Source: an uncultured Verrucomicrobiae bacterium
GTDB lineage: Bacteria; Verrucomicrobiota; Verrucomicrobiia; Chthoniobacterales; Terrimicrobiaceae
Length of the DNA stretch: 64,000 nt
Direction of reading: 5' to 3'
NCBI GenBank assembly: GCA_963824895.1
Contig: CAWGQS010000005.1
Coordinates: 36,931 to 100,930 of the forward strand
The translations under genes were made by a program, and so were the position numbers. The number at the start of each line of letters is the position of its first letter. The stretch's first letter is position 1. Under the pieces are notes generated by a model. The model saw only the letters and a list, made by a program, of their open reading frames with translations. It was not told the DNA's origin and searched no databases. Positions 56,942-64,000 of the stretch are shown one piece after another.

Positions 56942-57215
56942 TGCGAACGAGAATTCCCCTTCTTAGAGTGATCCAATCCAATGACCGTCAGTTTTTCCCG
57001 AGCGAGGACCAAAAGGACCCGCGACGGCCACTACGCCGGTGGACTCACGGCCGGGCAACTGGCGCGGTGCTTCCATTTGAATGACGCCGGGTCGGGAGCT
57101 CATCGGGATCCGCCCTGGCGATTCATAGCCGCTTGGGATTTGCTTTCAGCCGGCTATAAAACCGAATGCCGCCTGCTGCTCGAAGGCGCGTGATTCGCTT
57201 GCTGTGTAGGACCGT

Positions 57216-58145
57216 CTACCTCCGTCCCTGCTTTGCCATGAAGTCCTGAATGAGACGGATGATTTCCTTCAGCTTCAAATCCAGCGCGAAGTGCCCGGCG
57301 TCCAAGATGTGCACCTCCGCTTGGGGGTTATCCTTCTTGTACGCTTCTCCACCGGCTACCGTGAACGAAGTATCGTAACGCCCCCAAAGAACAAGGAGCG
57401 GCGGCTTGCTGTCGCGAAGCCACTGCTGCCATTTCGGGTAAGACTTGAGGTTGTTTTGGTAGTCGTAAAAGAGGTCCAACTGAATATCCGCCTGTCCCGG
57501 CTGGTTCAGGAAGTAATACTCGTCCACCCACAAATCGGGGTCGTACTGCGCGGGATCTGGCGAAGTGCCGACGTGCCTCTTGCGGGTGGCTTCAAGAGAC
57601 AACAGATTGCTTCGCACCTCGGCCTCGTGAGCCGGCCTGTCCTCCCAGAATGCCCGCCGAACTGCCCAAAGAGGAGATAGACCCTCTTCGTGCGAGACGG
57701 CATTTTGGATGATCATCGCCTGAACTCTTTCGGGATGAGCCAAGGCCATACGAAAACCAACCGGGCCGCCGTAGTCCTGCATGAACAAGGTGTAGCGATC
57801 CAGATGCAGTTGCTCCGTAAAGTCCTGCATGATCTTCGCCAGATGATCGAAGGTGTAAGCGAAGCTTTTGTGATCCGGCCAGGACGAATGCCCAAAGCCG
57901 GGATAGTCCGGGGCGATGAGACGGTACTGGCTGGCCAACTCCGACTCCAACAGCCGTTGATACATGCGGGAAGATGACGGCAACCCGTGCAGGAGCAAAA
58001 TCGTAGGACCATCCTTCGGCCCGGCCTCTCGATAGAAAATATCGAGATCATTGACGCGGACTGTGCGGTAGGAAACTTCACCAAGAGCATTTGCGATGGG
58101 CACGATGAGGAGGACTCCAATTAGGATTGCCGAGCCCCGTTTCAT
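57216..58145 (-). CDS. Secreted alpha/beta-fold hydrolase
   Basis: 309 aa with a signal peptide, LLLHGLPSSSRMY, APDYPGFGHS and the nucleophile elbow region QDYGGPVG. Confidence 0.85.
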   Translation of the reverse strand: MKRGSAILIGVLLIVPIANALGEVSYRTVRVNDLDIFYREAGPKDGPTILLLHGLPSSSRMYQRLLESELASQYRLIAPDYPGFGHSSWPDHKSFAYTFDHLAKIMQDFTEQLHLDRYTLFMQDYGGPVGFRMALAHPERVQAMIIQNAVSHEEGLSPLWAVRRAFWEDRPAHEAEVRSNLLSLEATRKRHVGTSPDPAQYDPDLWVDEYYFLNQPGQADIQLDLFYDYQNNLKSYPKWQQWLRDSKPPLLVLWGRYDTSFTVAGGEAYKKDNPQAEVHILDAGHFALDLKLKEIIRLIQDFMAKQGRR

Positions 58146-58158
58146 GAACTGAATCGCT

Positions 58159-58677
58159 TTAGGAAGTCACAAGATTGGTGTTATTGATCTCGAAGATGAC
58201 CTCCACCACGACAGGCGTGCCGATCGGCAGACTTTGAACACCGTATACCGTCCGCACATGACCGTTTTCAGTGCCGAAGAGTTGAACGAACAGATCCGAG
58301 GCACCGTCAGCAACGGCGGCGTGCTCGACAAACTGCTCCGTCGTGGCGAGAACAACGCTGAGCTTCACCAGCTTCTTTACGCGATCCAGATCGCCAAGGT
58401 GCTGCTGCGCGGCAGCCAAGGCGTTCATCGCCGCAATCCGCACCGCCTCGCGGCCTTGCTCGACAGAGAGGTTTTCTCCGAGCCGTCCCATGATGGAGAG
58501 TTTGCGATTCACCACGGGAAGGATCCCGCTCAGGAACAGTAGCGACCCGACCTCGGAAGTCTCGACATAGGCTCCCAAGGGCGTCGGCGCCTTGGGGAGC
58601 TCCAGGCCGAGTTCGCGCAAGCGCGAACTCGGTTTGGCGATGCCGGATTTTTCATCGTCCGGCATGGACCCCTCCAT
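58159..58677 (-). CDS. RidA/YjgF-family protein
   Basis: 172 aa with YVETSEVGSLLFLSGILP and the overall RidA pattern. It overlaps the SDR stop by about 26 nt, so the exact start is uncertain. Confidence 0.8.
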   Translation of the reverse strand: MEGSMPDDEKSGIAKPSSRLRELGLELPKAPTPLGAYVETSEVGSLLFLSGILPVVNRKLSIMGRLGENLSVEQGREAVRIAAMNALAAAQQHLGDLDRVKKLVKLSVVLATTEQFVEHAAVADGASDLFVQLFGTENGHVRTVYGVQSLPIGTPVVVEVIFEINNTNLVTS

Positions 58678-59377
58678 CCACTCGGATATTTTCGCCCGTT
58701 ACGAAGGTGGCGTTCTGGAGATAGAGCACCGCGTCGACGATGTCTGAAATTTCACCCATCCGAGCGAGGGGATGAAACTTCGCCAGCGCCGCATGATTAT
58801 CCTTGGAGTGCATAGGCGTGTTGACGTTGCCGGGCGACACCGTGTTGAACCGGATGTTGTTCGCCGCGTACTCGAGCGCTAACGCCTTACTTACCGCCGG
58901 CATAGGCGACTTCGACAGCACCGCCAAAAGTGCGGGCACGGCGCCGCTCGGTTGATCCGCGAGGACGGTCGAGATGTTCACTACATGCCCCGAATTTTGC
59001 TTCTTCATCTGCGGAATCACCTGTTGCGTCATGTAGAAGAAGCTAGCGACGTTGGTATTCATCACCAGATTGTAATCTTCTTCGGTGTAGTCGGTGAACA
59101 CCTTCGGAATGAATATTCCGGCATTGTTGACCAACAGATCAATACGGCCGAAATGTTGGAGGGTTGCTTCTACCACCTTAGCCGCGGTTTCCTTCTTGCT
59201 GACCTCTCCATCCACGAGGACGAGATCGGACGAAGCCTTGAGATCCTTCGACTTGCTGATGGTGCGGGAGGTGCCCACGACACGCCAGCCACGTTCGAGG
59301 AGCGCCTGTGTGAGGCCCAGGCCGATTCCGCTGGAAGCGCCCGTGATGATGGCGACGGGTTGTTGGGTTATTTGCAT
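58652..59377 (-). CDS. Short-chain dehydrogenase/reductase
   Basis: 241 aa with AIITGASSGIGLG and NNAG. Confidence 0.9.
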   Translation of the reverse strand: MQITQQPVAIITGASSGIGLGLTQALLERGWRVVGTSRTISKSKDLKASSDLVLVDGEVSKKETAAKVVEATLQHFGRIDLLVNNAGIFIPKVFTDYTEEDYNLVMNTNVASFFYMTQQVIPQMKKQNSGHVVNISTVLADQPSGAVPALLAVLSKSPMPAVSKALALEYAANNIRFNTVSPGNVNTPMHSKDNHAALAKFHPLARMGEISDIVDAVLYLQNATFVTGENIRVDGGVHAGR

Positions 59378-59477
59378 GACGACAGCAAATCACACCCAGG
59401 ACCGTTGAGAAATTGAGATTTTTCGGCATAATCGATCTCGGCCTCGATCTGTTTCCAGATCTGAAGCGTTTCTTCGC

Positions 59478-60947
59478 CTAGACTTTGTGAGGCCGCAGGC
59501 GTAGTCCACGCGGGATGATGAGGCGATCGAGCGCTCCGAAGGCTAGCTGGACAAGCAAGGCGAGCGCGGCGGCGGGAATCGCACCCTGTAGGATGGTCGC
59601 ATGGTCGTTCAAGTTAAGCCCGCTGATGATCGGCTCTCCGAGTCCGCCGGCCCCAATTAGCGCCGCGAGCGTTGCTGAGCCGACATTGATGACTGCGCTC
59701 GTCTTGATGCCGGCGAGAATCGTGCGCGAGGCGATCGGCAGAAAGATCTTCCGAAGCTGCGCGCCGGGTTCAAGCCCGAGAGCGGCGGCAGATTCGCGAA
59801 GCGGCAGCGGGATGTCCTGAAGTCCCGTGGCGGTGTTGCGGATGATCGGCAACAGGCTGTAAAGGAATAGAGCGACAATCGCGGTGGCTGCGCTGATGCC
59901 GAGCCACGGCACGGGGACTAGCAACGCCAGCAGCGCCAGCGCGGGGATCGTCTGCACGACACCAGCCGCGCTCAAAATAAATTGGCCGAGCGCCCCGGGA
60001 CGAGACGCAACAATGCCGAGTGGAATCCCGACAATGATAGCTACGAAAAGAGAAATTCCGACAAGCCTCAGGTGCTGTGCGGTCCAGCGCGCGATCTTTC
60101 TCGCAGTCGCTGCAGTGCCGGTTTCGATGGTCGGATTGCCGAAATACAGCGCAGCGGCCTGCGCATAATCTTTTGTGCGTTCGGCCTGAGCGTTAAGCTC
60201 CGTCATGCGCTTCTCGTCCAGCGTGTGTTCGAGCCCTTTCAGCGCTGAGACCGCTTGCTGATCGAGGTCGAGCCGGTAAAGAAACACCGCTTGGTACTGC
60301 GGAAAAAACTGGGCGTCATCTTCGAGCACAACCAGGTCGTTCTCGGCGATCTTTGCGTCAGTCGAATAGGCGTCTTTCACATCGATTGAGCCGTCGGCGA
60401 GCGCCGCATACCCGAGCCCATGATCAACGCCCCGCACGTCGCGCATCGCGAGTGAGTAGCGGGCACTGAGCGGTTTCCAGCCATCCTGCCGCTCAAGAAA
60501 TTCGTGGGTCAAACCGAGGCGCAAGTCGGGATGATTTTTCAAATCGCTGATGCGTTGTATTCCGAGCCGTTGCGCTGCAGTTCGCCGCATCACCAGCGCG
60601 TAGGTGTTGTTGAATCCGAGCTCACCCGTGATGCCAGCGCCGGAGCGAGCCAGTTCAGCCGCGATGCGCTCCAGAGGCAAGCGCTCTCTGGTGTGGAGGA
60701 TTTCTTCGGTGATTGTGCCGGTGTATTCCGGGTACGCGTTGATCGCGCCGCCTTTGAGCGCTTCCCACAGAATGATGGTGCCGCCCATGCCCTGCCGATG
60801 TTCGGCGGCCAAGCCTTGGTTGCGCAGGACCTTTGTCGCGATCTCGCCAAGCACATAAGATTCGGTAAAGCGCTTCGAGCCGACGTTGATCTCCGCAGCT
60901 GCGTGGTGGACCACGGCGATTAGCAGGAGGGCGGAAACCGCTTTCAT
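59478..60947 (-). CDS. Fused ABC transporter substrate-binding domain + permease, OpuC/ProU (quaternary-amine) type
   Basis: 489 aa. The N-terminal OpuAC-like binding domain has VGSKRFTESYVLGEI and INAYPEYTGT. The C-terminal permease has five or more TM helices and an EAA-like loop (RESAAALGLEPGAQLRKIFLP). Confidence 0.85.
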   Translation of the reverse strand: MKAVSALLLIAVVHHAAAEINVGSKRFTESYVLGEIATKVLRNQGLAAEHRQGMGGTIILWEALKGGAINAYPEYTGTITEEILHTRERLPLERIAAELARSGAGITGELGFNNTYALVMRRTAAQRLGIQRISDLKNHPDLRLGLTHEFLERQDGWKPLSARYSLAMRDVRGVDHGLGYAALADGSIDVKDAYSTDAKIAENDLVVLEDDAQFFPQYQAVFLYRLDLDQQAVSALKGLEHTLDEKRMTELNAQAERTKDYAQAAALYFGNPTIETGTAATARKIARWTAQHLRLVGISLFVAIIVGIPLGIVASRPGALGQFILSAAGVVQTIPALALLALLVPVPWLGISAATAIVALFLYSLLPIIRNTATGLQDIPLPLRESAAALGLEPGAQLRKIFLPIASRTILAGIKTSAVINVGSATLAALIGAGGLGEPIISGLNLNDHATILQGAIPAAALALLVQLAFGALDRLIIPRGLRLRPHKV

Positions 60948-61681
60948 AAAGCAGCTAAGCCGCGTTGGGCGTTTATGAATTCGGAGACGAAGGCTGAGGC
61001 GGGACGCTCTCGGAGATCGTCGAAACGGCCCTGCTGCGCGATGCGTCCCTCGTTCATCAGCACCAGGGTGTCGCCAAGGAAAGCGGCTTCAGCCATATCG
61101 TGAGTGACTAAAACAATTGTCTGCGCGAGCTGCGCAAAAATTTCCTTGAGGTCGTATTGCAGACGTGCGCGCACGATTGGATCGAGCGCGCCGAGCGGCT
61201 CATCGAGCAGGAGCAGCTCGGGCTTGAGCATCAGCGCGCGCATCAGACTGACGCGCTGCCGCTGACCGCCAGAGAGCTCGACAGGGTAGCGGTCAAGATT
61301 TTGGCTGGCGAAGCGCGTCAGCTCGCAGAGCTCCGTCAAGCGCGCTTCGATTTCGCTCGCGGACGAGCGAAGATGCTGGGCCATGAGCGTGATATTTTCG
61401 CGCGCACTCAGGTGCGGAAATAAACCGCCGTCCTGAATGACGTAGCCGACGCGCCGTCGTAGTTTGAGGATTTCCGCGCGGGTGACGGTCCGTCCGGCCA
61501 CTTCGACAGCGCCGCTGGTAGGTTCGAGCAAGCCGATAATTAAGCGCAGGAGCGTTGATTTGCCGCAGCCGCTCGGGCCGATGAGAGCGGTGGTCTTGCG
61601 CGCCGGTATCTCGAGATCGATATCCACGAGCGCCGGCGGTCCCTCGCCGAATTGTTTGGTTACCGCCCGAAACTTGATCAC
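60944..61681 (-). CDS. ABC transporter ATP-binding protein (OpuCA/ProV-like, no CBS tail)
   Basis: 245 aa with Walker A GPSGCGKST, signature LSGGQRQRV and Walker B LLLLDEP. It has a GTGA overlap with egtD and an ATGA overlap with the permease gene. Confidence 0.9.
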   Translation of the reverse strand: MIKFRAVTKQFGEGPPALVDIDLEIPARKTTALIGPSGCGKSTLLRLIIGLLEPTSGAVEVAGRTVTRAEILKLRRRVGYVIQDGGLFPHLSARENITLMAQHLRSSASEIEARLTELCELTRFASQNLDRYPVELSGGQRQRVSLMRALMLKPELLLLDEPLGALDPIVRARLQYDLKEIFAQLAQTIVLVTHDMAEAAFLGDTLVLMNEGRIAQQGRFDDLRERPASAFVSEFINAQRGLAAL

Positions 61682-62628
61682 GCCCTGGCGAGCACCTCGA
61701 GAAAAGACTGCTCCTCATTAAGCCACCGGCCTGCAAACCGGAACCCCGCCTTTTCAACGAGCTCGCGAAAAGCAGTCTCGGTGTACTTGTGCGAGCTCTC
61801 GGTCCAGATAGTCTCTCCAGCAACAAACGGCACCTCTAGCTTGAGGCCAGAGATGTGGACGGTCTGATCCAGCAGACTGACCAAATGCATTTCGACGCGA
61901 CTCGCATCGGCATTCCAAACGGCCCGGTGATCAAAGGCAAGCAGATCAAAGTTCGCACCCAACTCGCGATTGATTCGCAGCAGGATGTTCTTGTTGAAGG
62001 CGGCGGTCACCCCGAGCGGATCGTCATAGGCGGCGAGCAGTTTCTGCTCCGCTTTCACCAGATCGACTCCTAACAGGACCATATCGGCCGGCGCCAGCGA
62101 GCGACCAATGAGGCACAAAAAATCGGCCGCTTCCGGGGGCGTGAAGTTCCCGATGTTGGACCCAAGGAAAAGCACCAGACGCTTGCATTTCGATCGAGGG
62201 AGAGCGGCGAGCCCGTCTTCGAATTTTGTCTCACAAACCGAAACCTCCACATCGAAGGATTGCCGCAGTCGCGTGCGCGTGCTTTCGAGCGCGGCCGCGG
62301 AAACATCAATCAGATGGACACGCTTGTTCGTGCAATGTTGCAAGAGCAACGTGAGCTTTTCACCATTCCCAGGCCCGAGTTCAATGAGCTCGAGCGTCGC
62401 GCCTGCCGCGCCGATGATCTCGTGACCGTGCGCTCGCAACAATGCCGTCTCGGCCCGTGTAATCGTGTATTCCGGTAAGCGCATAATCGCGTCGAAAAGC
62501 GCTGAGCCGAGCGCATCGTAAAAATAGGTTGGCTGAAGCTCTTTCGGGCGAGCGCATAGGCCAGCGCGCACCATCTCGGCGAAGGCCGTGTCACAGATCG
62601 CGCGCGCAGCGGAAGGCGGTGTAGGCAT
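61678..62628 (-). CDS. egtD: L-histidine N-alpha-methyltransferase (hercynine synthase)
   Basis: VRAGLCARPKELQPTYFYDALGSALFDAIMRLPEYTITRAE aligns with the EgtD N-terminus as remembered from the mycobacterial protein. ELGPGNG is the SAM motif. I chose the start at ATG 62628, which overlaps the egtB 3' end. Confidence 0.85.
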   Translation of the reverse strand: MPTPPSAARAICDTAFAEMVRAGLCARPKELQPTYFYDALGSALFDAIMRLPEYTITRAETALLRAHGHEIIGAAGATLELIELGPGNGEKLTLLLQHCTNKRVHLIDVSAAALESTRTRLRQSFDVEVSVCETKFEDGLAALPRSKCKRLVLFLGSNIGNFTPPEAADFLCLIGRSLAPADMVLLGVDLVKAEQKLLAAYDDPLGVTAAFNKNILLRINRELGANFDLLAFDHRAVWNADASRVEMHLVSLLDQTVHISGLKLEVPFVAGETIWTESSHKYTETAFRELVEKAGFRFAGRWLNEEQSFLEVLARA

Positions 62629-63835
62629 AGCGATAGTGATCCTGAAACCAATTGCGAAAACTCGTGCGCACCAACTCCGCGGGAGTGACTGGCGAGGCAC
62701 CCTTCAAGACAAAATGCAACCCGTCAAAGAAGTCCGCCGAGTAGCCGGGGTAGTGCGGGAAGGGTTTAAAACCGGGAAAGCCCGTGAACGGCACGCTCGT
62801 CCATTCCCAGCCGTTACCTGCCAGCTGAAAGAGTTCGCGATCACGCCCAGAAACTGGTGTCGGATTCCATGCGACAAAATCAAAGTTGTCGCGCTCGGCT
62901 TGCGGCGCCGGAGCGCTCTCGAACGCCCGATGCCATTCCGCTTCCGTCGGAAGCCGACAACCGCGCCACCGCGTGAAAGCCAATGCCTCGATGTGACTGA
63001 CGTAAACCGGCCAGTCTAGCGGGAGCGGCAGCGATTCAAACGAGCCCCTATATTGCCACTGACCATCTTTACGGGTCCAGAACGGCGGGCCCTTGATCTT
63101 ACCCTCTCTAATGAACTTCCATCCAGCGTCAGTCCAGAGCCTTTCATCTTGGTAACCGCCGGCATCGATGAATTCCAGAAAGTCGCCATTGCTGACTTTG
63201 CGCGACGCGATTTCGAACGCGGCTACGTCAACTTGCATCTGCGGAAACTCATTGTCCCAACCGAACGGTATCGTCTCAGGGTTCGCGCCGAGCTGGGCGC
63301 TGCCGGCTTCGATTTGGATCCACGATGCGGACGACAAACTCGGCCCAGTCTCGCTCTGCACGTTGGCCGGCTTTCGTTTGAGCTCATACGGCACTCGATG
63401 AATTAAATACATCAACGTCTCCTGGTGCATCTCTTCGTGTTCGACTGCCGTGTGGAGATAAATGGGATCGATCTCCGACTCGAAGGCGCGTTCCATTTCC
63501 TTCTCCACTCTCGCAATGTAATCAGCCACCACCGTGCGCTCAGGCCAACGCTGAATAGTAAGCTTGTCTGCCGCGGACGTATCGAGCGGATCGATGCCGC
63601 GTGCAAAAAGCGTGGTCAGATCGGGTTGGGGATCGTTTTCGACGAAGCCGCCCTGGAGCAGCATGCCAACGTTGAACGAGGCCAGATGCCCTTCATAGAA
63701 GCGAAGCGGATGTCGCAGCGGGATCGGTCGCATGTCGAACGCCTCCGGTGCAATCAAATCAAAAATTTGCCGCGTGCGTCTGCGAATATCACGATAACGC
63801 TCAGACAGCATTGGCGCCATGCCTCTGCTTACCAT
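62591..63835 (-). CDS. egtB: Ergothioneine biosynthesis sulfoxide synthase EgtB (DinB_2 + FGE-sulfatase-like domains)
   Basis: 414 aa with an N-terminal DinB-like helix bundle (YEGHLASFN, HEEMHQETL) and a C-terminal FGE-like domain (GNGWEWT). It lies directly upstream of egtD. Confidence 0.85.
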   Translation of the reverse strand: MVSRGMAPMLSERYRDIRRRTRQIFDLIAPEAFDMRPIPLRHPLRFYEGHLASFNVGMLLQGGFVENDPQPDLTTLFARGIDPLDTSAADKLTIQRWPERTVVADYIARVEKEMERAFESEIDPIYLHTAVEHEEMHQETLMYLIHRVPYELKRKPANVQSETGPSLSSASWIQIEAGSAQLGANPETIPFGWDNEFPQMQVDVAAFEIASRKVSNGDFLEFIDAGGYQDERLWTDAGWKFIREGKIKGPPFWTRKDGQWQYRGSFESLPLPLDWPVYVSHIEALAFTRWRGCRLPTEAEWHRAFESAPAPQAERDNFDFVAWNPTPVSGRDRELFQLAGNGWEWTSVPFTGFPGFKPFPHYPGYSADFFDGLHFVLKGASPVTPAELVRTSFRNWFQDHYRYAYTAFRCARDL

Positions 63836-63858
63836 GGCCCGGTGTCCGTGTCAGCCTT

Positions 63859-64000
63859 TTAGCGCCTCGCCCGCTCCTCGGGTGGTTCGCCCTCGGAAGC
63901 GCGTCTGGTCCGCTTAAGGCGCTCAAGAATCGCGTAAACTCGCTTTGCCGCGCTTATCGGGCGCAATTTCTTCCAGGCGCGCTTTTGGTTGCTTTCTTGC
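63859..64000 (-). CDS. 3' end of an unidentified gene running off the right edge
   Basis: An open frame on the minus strand ends ...KKLRPISAAKRVYAILERLKRTRRASEGEPPEERARR-stop, with the TAA at 63859-63861. It is too short to identify. Confidence 0.25.
   Translation of the reverse strand, partial: QESNQKRAWKKLRPISAAKRVYAILERLKRTRRASEGEPPEERARR

Noticed and set aside
56132-56971. Long ORFs antisense to real genes (for example 56132..56971 +, 5036..5890 +, 6397..7092 -, 41437..42060 +, 42822..43625 +, 45659..46516 -, 48319..49215 +, 51339..52310 +, 8029..8286 -, 9827..10354 -)
   Set aside because: They are shadow ORFs opposite well-supported genes or in GC-rich DNA. Their translations are Arg/Pro/Gly-rich with no recognisable motifs.
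57040-57140. A possible third, degraded VOC C-terminal remnant (minus-strand frames give ADPDE... and ...VIQMEAPRQLPGRE, echoing DPDGNGW..QE..TRLPGR)
   Set aside because: The similarity is confined to a few residues spread over two frames. It is too weak to call without an alignment tool.
1-64000. CRISPR arrays, tandem repeats, IS elements/transposases, integrases, toxin-antitoxin pairs and known defence-system genes
   Set aside because: I scanned intergenic regions and ORF translations and found no repeat-spacer periodicity, no DDE or tyrosine-recombinase motifs, and no recognisable defence modules.

Overview
This is a 64-kb chromosomal window from a moderately GC-rich bacterium. The gene content (futalosine menaquinone genes, TreS-Mak/TreY/GlgX, EgtBD, several ECF sigma factors, NrdR) suggests a soil Verrucomicrobia/PVC-like organism, but that is inference only and not verifiable here. 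Most of the window is tightly packed housekeeping and metabolic genes, many joined by 4-nt start/stop overlaps. These include speA-gcvT-gcvH-gcvP, ilvD, mqnA plus an MqnC/E radical SAM enzyme, uvrB-holA, nrdR-unknown-HIT, ndh, panE, glgX-treY, treS-mak, a hybrid histidine kinase, metE/metR, and an egtB-egtD-ABC transporter operon. There is one tRNA-Lys(UUU). I saw no CRISPR array, IS element, integrase or rRNA. The most unusual items are: (1) a 1150-aa NRPS-like C-A-TE protein with no carrier domain, whose catalytic motifs all look degenerate, starting 10 nt after ilvD. (2) Ergothioneine biosynthesis genes translationally coupled to an OpuC/ProU-type ABC transporter. (3) An ECF sigma / anti-sigma / HtrA-PDZ module in which all three protease triad residues appear substituted. 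(4) A GC-richer patch next to tRNA-Lys made of fragments of ICE/plasmid-type genes (ParB-like, ArdC, ERCC4), a hemJ fragment, and one intact LapG-like cysteine protease. (5) An orphan, frameshifted nuoD next to ndh. (6) A GC-rich mosaic around 53.3-57.2 kb with VOC paralogues in fused and split forms and small gene scars. All family assignments rest on motif recognition by eye; no database search was possible.
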